DNA of 64,000 bases, from contig JANOWU010000051.1 in NCBI GenBank assembly GCA_031418035.1, forward strand, positions 20,803 to 84,802, given 5' to 3'. Below are positions 1 to 13,896 of the stretch, in pieces. The notes under the pieces are model-generated. The model was not told where the DNA came from, ran no database searches, and was given only the letters and a program-made list of their open reading frames with translations. The first letter of the stretch is position 1. Every line of letters begins with the position of its first letter. The position numbers and the translations under genes were made by a program. This stretch comes from Acidimicrobiia bacterium (GTDB taxonomy: Bacteria > Actinomycetota > Acidimicrobiia > Acidimicrobiales > JANYDT01).

Positions 1-735
1 GACGTATGGGTTGCGAACTACAACGCACCCGGTCAAATCGTGATCGCCGGAGATCCCGCCGCCCTCGAGCGAGCAAGCGTCGCGGCGAAGGAATTGGGTG
101 CCAAGCGGGTGATGCCCCTCCCCGTAGGCGGCGCATTCCACACGCCATTCATGGCCCCTGCGCGCGATCGGCTTCGGGAAGCGATTTCGACGGCATCGAT
201 TCACGAACTCGAGATCCCGGTGTTCGCGAACATCGATGCTCGCTCGCATCAAGCAGCAGCGGATTGGCCACCGTTGCTGAGCGCACAGCTCGTGTCACCG
301 GTTCGCTGGCGTCAGACCGTGCAGAACATGGCCGACGCTGGCGTGAACACGCTGATCGAACTCGGACCGGGCAACGTGCTCACCGGACTGGCCAAGCGAA
401 TCGTTCCTGACGTACGCGCACTTAGTATTTCCACTCCCGACGACGTCGACCGACTCGTCGAGGTTCTCAATGGAGGGGCGGCGCGCCCACTGGCCCGGGC
501 CCACGAGGGCGAACATCTCTCGATGACGGTTCGAATGGTGGTCAGTCCCGCAGCTGGCATTTTCTCGCCCCTTGCCGACGTTGTTGCCGGATCCACCGTC
601 AAAGTTGCAGGTCTTCTCGGACACATCGGGGAAACCGAAGTTCGTAGCGGCTTCGCTGGTACCGTCAACGGAATGCTTGCAGTCAGCGGTGAACGGGTGA
701 GCGTCGGCCAACCGATTGCGTGGCTCGATGTCTGA
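1..735 (+). CDS. fabD: Malonyl-CoA:ACP transacylase (FabD), 5' end cut by window edge, with an extra C-terminal biotinyl/lipoyl-like domain
   Basis: Frame 1 is open from nt 1 (DVWVANYNAPGQIVIAGD...) to TGA 733-735. FabD C-terminal-half motifs VGGAFHTPFM, VSPVRWRQTV, IELGPGNVLTGL. First gene of a fabD-fabH-fabG-acpP-fabF array. Confidence 0.9.
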   Translation, partial: DVWVANYNAPGQIVIAGDPAALERASVAAKELGAKRVMPLPVGGAFHTPFMAPARDRLREAISTASIHELEIPVFANIDARSHQAAADWPPLLSAQLVSPVRWRQTVQNMADAGVNTLIELGPGNVLTGLAKRIVPDVRALSISTPDDVDRLVEVLNGGAARPLARAHEGEHLSMTVRMVVSPAAGIFSPLADVVAGSTVKVAGLLGHIGETEVRSGFAGTVNGMLAVSGERVSVGQPIAWLDV

Positions 736-838
736 GCATGCAGAAAACCCCGTGAAATGACGCCATGAACTACGCGAGCCTCGAATTCCGATTCGTTTCC
801 CGTACGGAACTCCCCATCCCCTACCTCGGAGCACTCTC

Positions 839-1873
839 ATGAACACGCATTACAGCCCGTCTCGTGGAGGAATAATCACCGGCTGGGGCACGGCATTGCC
901 GGCAACCAAGGTCACGAACGACGATCTTGCGTCGTACCTGGATACCAACGACGAGTGGATCACCGAACGGACCGGGATCAAGACTCGCTACTGGGGCGAC
1001 GAAGGACCGGCCGCTCTTGGCACCCGCGCGGCTCGCGAGGCATTGAAGATGGCGAACTGCGGCCCTGAGGACATCGACCTGTTGATTCTCGCAACGTGCT
1101 CGCCGGAATACATACTCCCCGGCAGTTCCGCGATGGTGCAACACGATCTCGGACTCAAGTGCGGCGCGTTCGACCTCGGCACGGCGTGTTCTGGGTTCAC
1201 CTACAGCGTCGTCACGGCACACGGCTTCTTGAACCTCGGCATGAACCGAATCTTGGTGATCGGCGCCGAACAATTGAGTCGGATCATCGACAAGAACGAT
1301 CGCAACACGGCGATCTTGTTCGGCGACGGGGCGGCTGCCGTAGTGATCGAGGCCTGTGAAGGCGAAGGGCAGCTTCTCGGCTTCGACCTTGGCGTCGACG
1401 GGTCAGCAGTCGAGTTCCTCTACGGCTTCCACGATCAGCCCGTGACCATGGACGGAAAGGAAGTCTTTCGACGCGCGGTTCATGCGATGGTCGACTCATC
1501 GCTCGTCGCGCTGGAAAAGGCGAAGATGACGATGGACGATATCGACTGGGTCATCCCCCACCAGGCCAATCGTCGCATCATCGAAGCAGCGGTCAAGCGC
1601 CTGAAGTGGCCGATGGAACGGACGTCGACGAACGTTGAATTCGTCGGGAACACGAGCGCGGCGTCTATACCGCTCGCCCTCGATGCCGAGCTCACGAAAG
1701 GCAACATCAAGCCCGGTGACAACGTGTTGATGTGTGGTTTCGGTGCCGGCATGACGTGGGCAAGTGCGGTCGTTCGATGGGGAGGTGTCTACCGGGAGGG
1801 CGGACACGGCGCCGCGTTCCACGGGGCGACGACCGACGGGGCGACGGCCGACGAGGCGGGTGCTGCGGGGTGA
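839..1873 (+). CDS. fabH: 3-oxoacyl-ACP synthase III (KAS III)
   Basis: ATG 839 preceded by GGAG. 344 aa with DEWITERTGI, active-site Cys context GTACSGF, HQANRRI, GNTSAASIPLAL, GFGAGMTW. Has a Gly/Ala-rich ~25 aa C-terminal tail. Confidence 0.93.
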   Translation: MNTHYSPSRGGIITGWGTALPATKVTNDDLASYLDTNDEWITERTGIKTRYWGDEGPAALGTRAAREALKMANCGPEDIDLLILATCSPEYILPGSSAMVQHDLGLKCGAFDLGTACSGFTYSVVTAHGFLNLGMNRILVIGAEQLSRIIDKNDRNTAILFGDGAAAVVIEACEGEGQLLGFDLGVDGSAVEFLYGFHDQPVTMDGKEVFRRAVHAMVDSSLVALEKAKMTMDDIDWVIPHQANRRIIEAAVKRLKWPMERTSTNVEFVGNTSAASIPLALDAELTKGNIKPGDNVLMCGFGAGMTWASAVVRWGGVYREGGHGAAFHGATTDGATADEAGAAG

Positions 1874-2574
1874 GCCGCGTAGTTCTGATAACGGGCGGTA
1901 ATCGAGGTATCGGTCTCGCGACGGCACGTTGGTTTGCTGCCCGCGGTGACACGGTCGTCGTGACGTCACGGTCCGGCGAACCCATCGAGGGACTGCACGT
2001 GGTGACGTGCGACGTCACTGACCCGGCCGCGGTCGATGCGGCCTTTCGCGACGTCGAGGCAGCCCACGGACCCGTTGAAGTGGTCGTGGCCAATGCCGGA
2101 ATCACGAAAGACGGCTTGCTCGTCCGGATGAGCGAGGACGCGTTTACGTCCGTCATCGATGCGAACCTCACCGGAGCGTGGCGTGTGGCCAAGCGCGCTG
2201 CGATTTCGATGTTGCGTCAACGCAAGGGTCGGATCATCTTCGTCTCCTCGGTCGTCGCCTACTTCGGGGTCCCGGGACAGGCGAACTATGCGGCCTCCAA
2301 AGCCGGACTCATCGGCATGGCGCGCTCGATGGCCAAGGAGTTGGCGAGCCGATCAATCACGGTCAACGTCGTGGCTCCCGGTGGTGTCGACACCGACATG
2401 GTGGCGTCCCTCCCGGAAGCGCAACAGGCTGGACTTGCGTCGGCGACTCCACTCGGTCGCCTCGCTACGCCCGACGAGGTGGCAGCGGCGATCCATTTCC
2501 TTGCGTCCCCGGACGCGAGCTTCATCACGGGCGTTGTATTGCCCGTCGACGGCGGACTGGCAATGGGTCACTAG
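1870..2574 (+). CDS. fabG: 3-oxoacyl-ACP reductase (SDR family)
   Basis: GTG 1870 overlaps the fabH stop (GTGA at 1870-1873). The longer 1732 start in the ORF track would overlap fabH by 140 nt. Motifs: ITGGNRGIG cofactor motif, NAGI, Y-x3-K in NYAASKAG. Confidence 0.9.
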   Translation: MSRVVLITGGNRGIGLATARWFAARGDTVVVTSRSGEPIEGLHVVTCDVTDPAAVDAAFRDVEAAHGPVEVVVANAGITKDGLLVRMSEDAFTSVIDANLTGAWRVAKRAAISMLRQRKGRIIFVSSVVAYFGVPGQANYAASKAGLIGMARSMAKELASRSITVNVVAPGGVDTDMVASLPEAQQAGLASATPLGRLATPDEVAAAIHFLASPDASFITGVVLPVDGGLAMGH

Positions 2575-2639
2575 GCTTGTGACGCATTCGACGACCATCG
2601 CCGAACATCTGACGTACTCTCATCGCGTTCGAACCGCAT

Positions 2640-2714
2640 CACCTCGAACCGCAGCACCTCGCACCACCTCACCTCGAACCTCAACACCTCGCACCACATC
2701 ACCTCGCACCACAC
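2640..2714 (+). repeat. Five head-to-tail 15-nt repeats, core CACCTCG(A/C)ACC, in the acpP 5' leader
   Basis: Read directly: cacctcgaaccgcag / cacctcgcaccacct / cacctcgaacctcaa / cacctcgcaccacat / cacctcgcaccacac at 2640, 2655, 2670, 2685, 2700. A partial degenerate unit lies upstream (about 2625). The array ends 16 nt before the acpP ATG. Confidence 0.9.
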
Positions 2715-2730
2715 AACAAAGGAACCAGCC

Positions 2731-2976
2731 ATGACCAACGACGAAGCTTTCGCCACTTTCAAAGACGCCGCTGTGGAGGTGCTGTCCGTCGATCCGTCGG
2801 CCGTCGTGCCCGAGGCATCGTTTGCTGACGACCTCGACGCCGACTCACTCGACCTCGTCGAGTTCGTGATGGCCCTCGAAGACAAGTTCGGCGTGGAGAT
2901 TCCCGAGTCTGATCTGGAAGGCGTCAAGACGGTCGGTCAGGCCTTCGATATCGTCCTCGCCAAGCTCGGCAACTAG
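2731..2976 (+). CDS. acpP: Acyl carrier protein
   Basis: 81 aa with phosphopantetheine attachment context [23 protein letters not shown] Shine-Dalgarno-like sequence a few nt upstream of the ATG. Sits between fabG and fabF. Confidence 0.95.
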   Translation: MTNDEAFATFKDAAVEVLSVDPSAVVPEASFADDLDADSLDLVEFVMALEDKFGVEIPESDLEGVKTVGQAFDIVLAKLGN

Positions 2977-3031
2977 CCGAACCCGACGTTCCACACATCC
3001 CCAGCCTGCCGCTGCCACGAACGAGGTCACG

Positions 3032-4228
3032 ATGACAAACCGCCGATATCCACGTCGAGTCGCGGTCACCGGATTGGGCGTTGTTGCCTATTGCGGAATG
3101 AATGTTGACTCCTTTTGGAACGGACTTCTCGAGTCCGAGCCGGGTGACGTGTCGCGCCGCATCGTTGACTTCGATCCGGCACCCTATTTCGCCGGGCCGA
3201 AAGAAGCGCGTCGCGCCGACCGATTCACGCAGTTAGCACTGGCGGCTGCGCATCAAGCGATCACGGGGGCGGGGGATCTCGGTGGGTATGACCCCGCCCG
3301 AATCGGAACGTTGATCGGCACGGGCGTCGGCGGCTTGGAAACCTTGGAAGAACAGATCGTTCTCCGTCACGAAAAAGGCGAACGTCGGGTATCGCCGTTT
3401 CTGGTCCCGATGATGATGTCGAATGCGGCCGCCGCGTCGGTCTCTATGAAATACGGATACCAAGGGCCGTGCGAGGCCGTCGTCACCGCCTGTGCCGCGG
3501 GGACGCACTCCATCGGGAATGCGGGTCGTTTGATCGCCACCGGTCAATGCGACGTCGTCATCACCGGCGGGTCGGAGTCAGCAATGACCCCGACGGCTAT
3601 GGCCGGCTTCGGCAACATGACCGCATTGTCGACGTCGGGCTGGTCGCGCCCCTTCGACATCGGTCGAGACGGGTTTGTCATGGCGGAGGCGGCGGGTGTT
3701 CTCGTGCTCGAAGAGTGGGACAGGGCCGTCGAACGCGGCGCCTTCATTTGGGCGGAGTTTCTCGGATCGGCATCAACCGCCGACGCCCATCACATCACGG
3801 CGCCCTCCCCCGGCGGAGCAGGCGCAGTGCGCTGCATGGAACTGGCCATTGCCGACGCAGGGCTCTCCGCGAGCGACATCAGGCATGTGAACGCCCACGG
3901 CACATCGACACCGCTGAACGATGCGGCAGAAGCAGAAGCGATCGCGAAGGTCTTTGGTTCGCCGGGACCAATCGTGACTTCCACGAAGGGCGTGACCGGT
4001 CACGCGCTCGGCGCCGCAGGCGCAATCGAAGGCGTTGCGCTGGCACTTGCCATCACCAAAGGAATTGTTCCGCCGACGCGGGGAACATCACGAGACTCCC
4101 TCGACGCCAGCGTCGGATTCGACATCGCGCTCGAGGCTCGGCCTTGGACACCCGGGCCCGCAATCTCGAACAGTTTCGGTTTCGGTGGTCACAACGGCAC
4201 GATCGTCATGGGACCCGCCGACCGCTAG
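3032..4228 (+). CDS. fabF: 3-oxoacyl-ACP synthase II (KAS II)
   Basis: 398 aa. GAGG 5 nt upstream of the ATG. Active-site Cys in VVTACAAGTHS, plus HGTSTPLND, GHALGAAG, NSFGFGGHNG. Confidence 0.93.
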   Translation: MTNRRYPRRVAVTGLGVVAYCGMNVDSFWNGLLESEPGDVSRRIVDFDPAPYFAGPKEARRADRFTQLALAAAHQAITGAGDLGGYDPARIGTLIGTGVGGLETLEEQIVLRHEKGERRVSPFLVPMMMSNAAAASVSMKYGYQGPCEAVVTACAAGTHSIGNAGRLIATGQCDVVITGGSESAMTPTAMAGFGNMTALSTSGWSRPFDIGRDGFVMAEAAGVLVLEEWDRAVERGAFIWAEFLGSASTADAHHITAPSPGGAGAVRCMELAIADAGLSASDIRHVNAHGTSTPLNDAAEAEAIAKVFGSPGPIVTSTKGVTGHALGAAGAIEGVALALAITKGIVPPTRGTSRDSLDASVGFDIALEARPWTPGPAISNSFGFGGHNGTIVMGPADR

Positions 4229-4229
4229 C

Positions 4230-4248
4230 GAGGTTCACGCGGAACCTC
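4230..4248. terminator. Short hairpin between convergent fabF and fabZ (possible bidirectional terminator)
   Basis: GAGGTTC-acgcg-GAACCTC, a 7-bp perfect stem with 5-nt loop, starting 2 nt after the fabF TAG. No clear U-tract, so this is weak. Confidence 0.3.
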
Positions 4249-4260
4249 CGACCGATGAAC

Positions 4261-4689
4261 CTAGAGGTCGGCAAGCACGAAGAGCAGATCGGCTTCGCAG
4301 GCGAGCTGTCCGCCGACCAGTACACGTCCCGAACCCTTCCCGGCGCGGCCGGAGAGCCGACCCAATTCCACCGACAGCTCCAACGTATCGCCGGGCACAG
4401 CCTGTCGCCGGAATCGCGCGCTGTCGACGCCAGCCAGCATCGGGAGTTTTCCGGCAAATCGTTCATCGGTAAGTACACCTATGGCACCGACTTGCGCCAG
4501 AGATTCGATCATCAACACGCCGGGGAGCGTCGGACGTCCGGGAAAGTGTCCCGCCCAGAACCATTCGTCGCCGGTGAGCTTCCACGTTGCCGAGACCCTC
4601 ACCCCCGGTTCGAGTGCAGTGACCTCGGTGACAAACAGAAAAGGCTCACGATGGGCGAGAACGTCGATGGGTCGGGGCAGCGTGCTCAT
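4261..4689 (-). CDS. fabZ: 3-hydroxyacyl-ACP dehydratase (FabZ/FabA hotdog family)
   Basis: Motifs HREPFLFV, FWAGHFPGRPTLPGVLMIESLAQ. Start chosen at ATG 4689 (MSTLPRPID...), which overlaps the bcp stop as ATGA. The ORF-track start 4755 would overlap bcp by 70 nt. Confidence 0.85.
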   Translation of the reverse strand: MSTLPRPIDVLAHREPFLFVTEVTALEPGVRVSATWKLTGDEWFWAGHFPGRPTLPGVLMIESLAQVGAIGVLTDERFAGKLPMLAGVDSARFRRQAVPGDTLELSVELGRLSGRAGKGSGRVLVGGQLACEADLLFVLADL

Positions 4690-5153
4690 TTCGATCCGCC
4701 CTCGAGTGCTTCGAGCAGGACCTGTGGCGTGTCTTTCGGGCTTACCTTGTACCACGCCCGTTCGATCTTTCCCTTTCCGTCGATCAAGAACGCAGAGCGT
4801 TCAACACCCATGTACTTCTTGCCGTACAGAGACTTCTCCTTCCACACGAAAAATGCCTCAGCCACAACATGGTCGGCATCCGAAAGAAGAGGGAAGCCCA
4901 ACTCATACTTGACGTCGAACTTCTTTTGCTTCGCCGGTAGATCCGGGCTGATTCCGATGATTGCGACATCGTCGACTCGGCCTTCGGCAACGAGATCTCG
5001 GAGCAGACACGACTGCTGCGTACAGCCGGGAGTATCGGCCTTCGGATAGAAATAGACACAGACTCGGCGTCCTCGGAGGGACTTCAGAGTTACCGTGTTT
5101 CCGTCCTGGTCGAGAAGGTTCAGTTCAGGTGCTTTGTCACCGGGTGCCAACAT
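4686..5153 (-). CDS. bcp: Thioredoxin-dependent peroxiredoxin (Bcp type)
   Basis: Start chosen at internal ATG 5153 (MLAPGDKAPELNLLDQDG...). Peroxidatic Cys context FYPKADTPGCTQQSC. Length then about 155 aa, typical for Bcp. Confidence 0.88.
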   Translation of the reverse strand: MLAPGDKAPELNLLDQDGNTVTLKSLRGRRVCVYFYPKADTPGCTQQSCLLRDLVAEGRVDDVAIIGISPDLPAKQKKFDVKYELGFPLLSDADHVVAEAFFVWKEKSLYGKKYMGVERSAFLIDGKGKIERAWYKVSPKDTPQVLLEALEGGSK

Positions 5154-5205
5154 GGTCCCAGGGTATCGCGGGCGTGCCGGGCCGGGCTTCGGCTCAGAGG
5201 GAGGC

Positions 5206-6327
5206 TCATAGGGAGTTGGTGTCGATCGCCAGTCCGACGAGATGTCGTCCGACCGTTTCGAAAGTCCGTGCACTTACCATTATGTGAGCGGCCGCCGTGT
5301 GAACGTCGCGAAAGCACCGTGCCAAAGCGGTGTCGGTATGGATGGAGGATCCACCGCCGAGCCCATAGCACCGGTCGACGGCATCGATACACTGCTCGCT
5401 TACGAACGCCGCAGCCTGGCGCACGTTGAGGCGGTTCTCAACTGGAACGCGCTCACCGCGTGCCACGAGTTCGCACACCGCCTCCACTTCACCAAAGAGA
5501 TACGCCGTCGCCGAACGGACCAGCGAGTCGGCCCGGGCCAGCTCGACTTGAGAGATTGGCGATTCGCTGAGGAAGCGCTTGGCCTGGGCCGGACGCTTCG
5601 TCTGCGAGAGTTCAGTTGCCTCCGCAACGGCGCGTCGGGCGATCCCGATCATCACTCCTGCGATGCCGGCGCCGAAAAGTACGAACCCGGGCGTGCGGGC
5701 GATTGCCGCGTCGACCGTTGGGCGCGCTCGGCCGAACGCGACGTAGCGTCCGTCGGGAACGAACACGTCGGTGATCGAAAAGTCGTGCGAACCGGTTCCG
5801 CCCAGTCCGACGGGATTCCAGTTCTCGTGGATCTCGATGTCCGACGCTTGCACCAGGAGTTGCAGGAAGCTGTTGTCGTCGCTCATCGCCCCCGCCGACA
5901 CCCAGTGGGCCAGGGCACAACCGCTCCCCCATGCCCAACGTCCGCTGAGGCGATAGCCGCCCTCGACCTTGACGGCCCTGCCTGACGGGGCGAACGCTCC
6001 GTTGGCGATACTTGCGGCATTGCCGAATATCTCCCGGGCCCACACCGGGTCGAGGTTGCCTGCCATGTGGGAGGTCTGCGACGCGACCGTTGCACACCAG
6101 CCGGCCGCAGCGTCGGCCTCGGACAGCGAGATAAGTGTGCGTAGGGAGTCAGCTACCGAGACCTTCGGCCCTCCATAGGCTTCGGGCACGAACAGGCGGA
6201 AGGCATCGACCAGTTGGAGCGCACGCACGGTTTCTTCGCCGAGTCGCCGTCGTTGCTCGTTGGCCGAGGCATGTTCGCGCAACGTACTCGTCACGTCTTC
6301 GAGAATGGAAGCAGGTGAGCTTGACAC
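5206..6327 (-). CDS. Acyl-CoA dehydrogenase-family flavoprotein (substrate unknown)
   Basis: 373 aa with ACAD-fold signatures: EADAAAGWC, GYRLSGRWAWGSG, WNPVGLGGTGSHDFSITDVFVP. The antisense ORF 5242..5985 has no recognisable motifs. Confidence 0.8.
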   Translation of the reverse strand: MSSSPASILEDVTSTLREHASANEQRRRLGEETVRALQLVDAFRLFVPEAYGGPKVSVADSLRTLISLSEADAAAGWCATVASQTSHMAGNLDPVWAREIFGNAASIANGAFAPSGRAVKVEGGYRLSGRWAWGSGCALAHWVSAGAMSDDNSFLQLLVQASDIEIHENWNPVGLGGTGSHDFSITDVFVPDGRYVAFGRARPTVDAAIARTPGFVLFGAGIAGVMIGIARRAVAEATELSQTKRPAQAKRFLSESPISQVELARADSLVRSATAYLFGEVEAVCELVARGERVPVENRLNVRQAAAFVSEQCIDAVDRCYGLGGGSSIHTDTALARCFRDVHTAAAHIMVSARTFETVGRHLVGLAIDTNSL

Positions 6328-6337
6328 AGAGACGACC

Positions 6338-7168
6338 TTAGCGATCGTGGGAGTCCGCTTTCGAACGCTCGCGTTTTCGCGCCAGCCCCATCAACGACTG
6401 AAAGTGGGCGTCGAACACTGTTGCGACCGCCTCCCCCTTTCGGCCCATTGCGTGCACCGGCAGGCGAGACCCCAGCGCCTCTGCCAATACCGTCCGCTGA
6501 GGAATCTCCGGAGTCCACACGGTCGTTCGCCCGAGCATCTTGTAGAGAACGTCGCGTTGGCGCTCGACCTCGTTCGATTGTCCCGGGACGCGGTTCACGA
6601 TCACACCGGCGATATCAAGTTCGGCGTTGTGTTGTTCCCACACGCCGTCGATCAAATCGCTGACGGCGGCCACACCTCGCGCCGACAACGCCGCGGGCTC
6701 GACGACGATCAGAGCGAAATCGGCGGCGGCCAACGCGTTCGTCGTCATCTGGCCGAGCGCGGGCGAGCAGTCGATGAGAATGAGGTCGTAGCTCGCTTCG
6801 AGCCCTTCCAGAGCCTTCCGCAGACGGCGGGCCAAACGCTTCTTTCCGACCTCGACTTCGCGCTCGATGAGGTCGCCGCTGCCCGGGAGAAGGTCCACCC
6901 GTCCCTCTCCCTCCGGCCAGATCGACGTGACGATACCCGCCCGTGCACACCCGGACCGATTCGCGAGGACAGCCCGAGAAACCCCGTAGACGACTCCTTC
7001 GGGCTCGAAACCCAAAGCCCATGTCGCGTTGGCCTGCGGATCAGCATCGACGACCAGAATTCGCTTTCCGGCCGCCCATCCGGCCGAGGCCAGACCCAAC
7101 GTGACCGTGGTCTTGCCCACGCCACCCTTCTGATTCACGACAGCAACAATCGCGCCCATAGTGAACAT
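6338..7168 (-). CDS. ParA/Soj/MinD-family P-loop ATPase (orphan)
   Basis: Deviant Walker A VVNQKGGVGKTT, Walker B-like ILVVDADPQ, LILIDCSP. 276 aa. No ParB-like gene adjacent. Confidence 0.88.
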   Translation of the reverse strand: MFTMGAIVAVVNQKGGVGKTTVTLGLASAGWAAGKRILVVDADPQANATWALGFEPEGVVYGVSRAVLANRSGCARAGIVTSIWPEGEGRVDLLPGSGDLIEREVEVGKKRLARRLRKALEGLEASYDLILIDCSPALGQMTTNALAAADFALIVVEPAALSARGVAAVSDLIDGVWEQHNAELDIAGVIVNRVPGQSNEVERQRDVLYKMLGRTTVWTPEIPQRTVLAEALGSRLPVHAMGRKGEAVATVFDAHFQSLMGLARKRERSKADSHDR

Positions 7169-7288
7169 CTAACCATGTTCACCGAGCTGTGCTTCCGACC
7201 GTCGTTCTTGGGAAGTTCCCCCGACAACCACCGAGCGAAGCGACCGCCCACGCGACCAGGAGTGGACACTCTCCGATACGTTGGTTCC

Positions 7289-12733
<5,445 letters not shown>

Positions 12734-12982
12734 AGGGAGTTGAGGTTACCGGGCGGACGAAGAGCGATCTGCTTTCGTCAGAACGACCCAGTGAAAGTCC
12801 GCAACATTTTCTCAGCGAGGCCTTCAGTCGGTGGGATGTGACGCCGAAGAACCAACAGTCGCCTCCGTAAGCCGGTCCCCTCCCCTCGACAAATGGCTTA
12901 CGGAGGCGCTTTTCGCGCTCGGCAAAGCCCCGGGACGGCCGGGCACGTTCCCGGTCCGGTGTCGTCGCCTACGATCCTCGCC

Positions 12983-13894
12983 ATGGAAGAACGCATTCTT
13001 GGACCCAGTGGTCTCACGGTCGGGGCGATTGCTTATGGATGCTGGCGTTTTGCCGGTGTCGATGTCGATATCGCCACCGAACGGATCACCACGGCGCTCG
13101 ACGCCGGTATGACCCTGATCGACACGGCCGACGTCTATGGCCTGGACAATGATTGCCCGTGGGGTGCCGCCGAAGTTCTCCTTGGGCGGGTTCTCGACAA
13201 CGATCGTTCGCTCCGCGACCGCATGGTTCTGGCGACGAAGGGCGGCATCCAGCTCGAGAGCGGGATCGACCTCGGCGTTCCCTACGACACTTCCGCCGAC
13301 TACCTAATCCATGCCTGCGACCAGTCCCTCCTGCGTCTCGGCGTGGAGCGAATAGACCTCTACCAAATCCACCGACCTGACCTTCTCGCACACCCGGGCG
13401 AAACGGCCAACGCATTGGCGACGCTGGTCGACTCAGGGAAGGTCCGCTTCATCGGCGTTTCCAACCACACACCAAATCAGGTCAGGGCACTGCGTGCCTA
13501 TCTCCCTGATGATTTGGATCTTGTCTCGGTGCAGCCGGAGTTCTCGGCCGCCCAACTCAGTGCACTCGACGACGGTGTTCTCGATCAGGCAATGGAACTC
13601 GGATATGCCGCATTGGCGTGGAGTCCTCTCGCCGGCGGCGCTCTCGTACGCGAACCTACGGATGAGCGAATCGCCGCCATCCAGGTGGTTCTCGACGAAC
13701 TTGGCGAAACCCATGACGCAACGCGAACCCAGGTCGCGCTTGCCTTCGTTCTTGCCCACCCGGCGGGCATCATTCCGATCATTGGTTCCGGTCAGCCGGA
13801 CCGGATCCGGGAATCGGCTGAGGCAACCGAGATCGTCCTTGCGAAAGACGAGTGTTACCGAATCATTGCCGCAGCGGGAAGGGACCTTCCCTAG
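12983..13894 (+). CDS. Aldo/keto reductase
   Basis: Start chosen at ATG 12983 (MEERILGPSGLTV...). AKR motifs: DTADVYG, LATKGG, IDLYQIHRPD, IGVSNH. Confidence 0.88.
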   Translation: MEERILGPSGLTVGAIAYGCWRFAGVDVDIATERITTALDAGMTLIDTADVYGLDNDCPWGAAEVLLGRVLDNDRSLRDRMVLATKGGIQLESGIDLGVPYDTSADYLIHACDQSLLRLGVERIDLYQIHRPDLLAHPGETANALATLVDSGKVRFIGVSNHTPNQVRALRAYLPDDLDLVSVQPEFSAAQLSALDDGVLDQAMELGYAALAWSPLAGGALVREPTDERIAAIQVVLDELGETHDATRTQVALAFVLAHPAGIIPIIGSGQPDRIRESAEATEIVLAKDECYRIIAAAGRDLP

Positions 13895-13896
13895 CC

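Noticed and set aside
3469-5049. 526-aa ORF on the plus strand spanning fabF, fabZ and bcp
   Set aside because: It is out of frame with fabF and antisense to fabZ/bcp. It is Arg-rich nonsense-like sequence and cannot coexist with three well-supported genes.
6260-7288. N-terminal 343 codons of the 702-aa ORF that ends as the LOG gene
   Set aside because: This part is antisense to the parA-like gene and has no LOG-related sequence. ATG 7289 gives a sensible intergenic region and a complete LOG protein.
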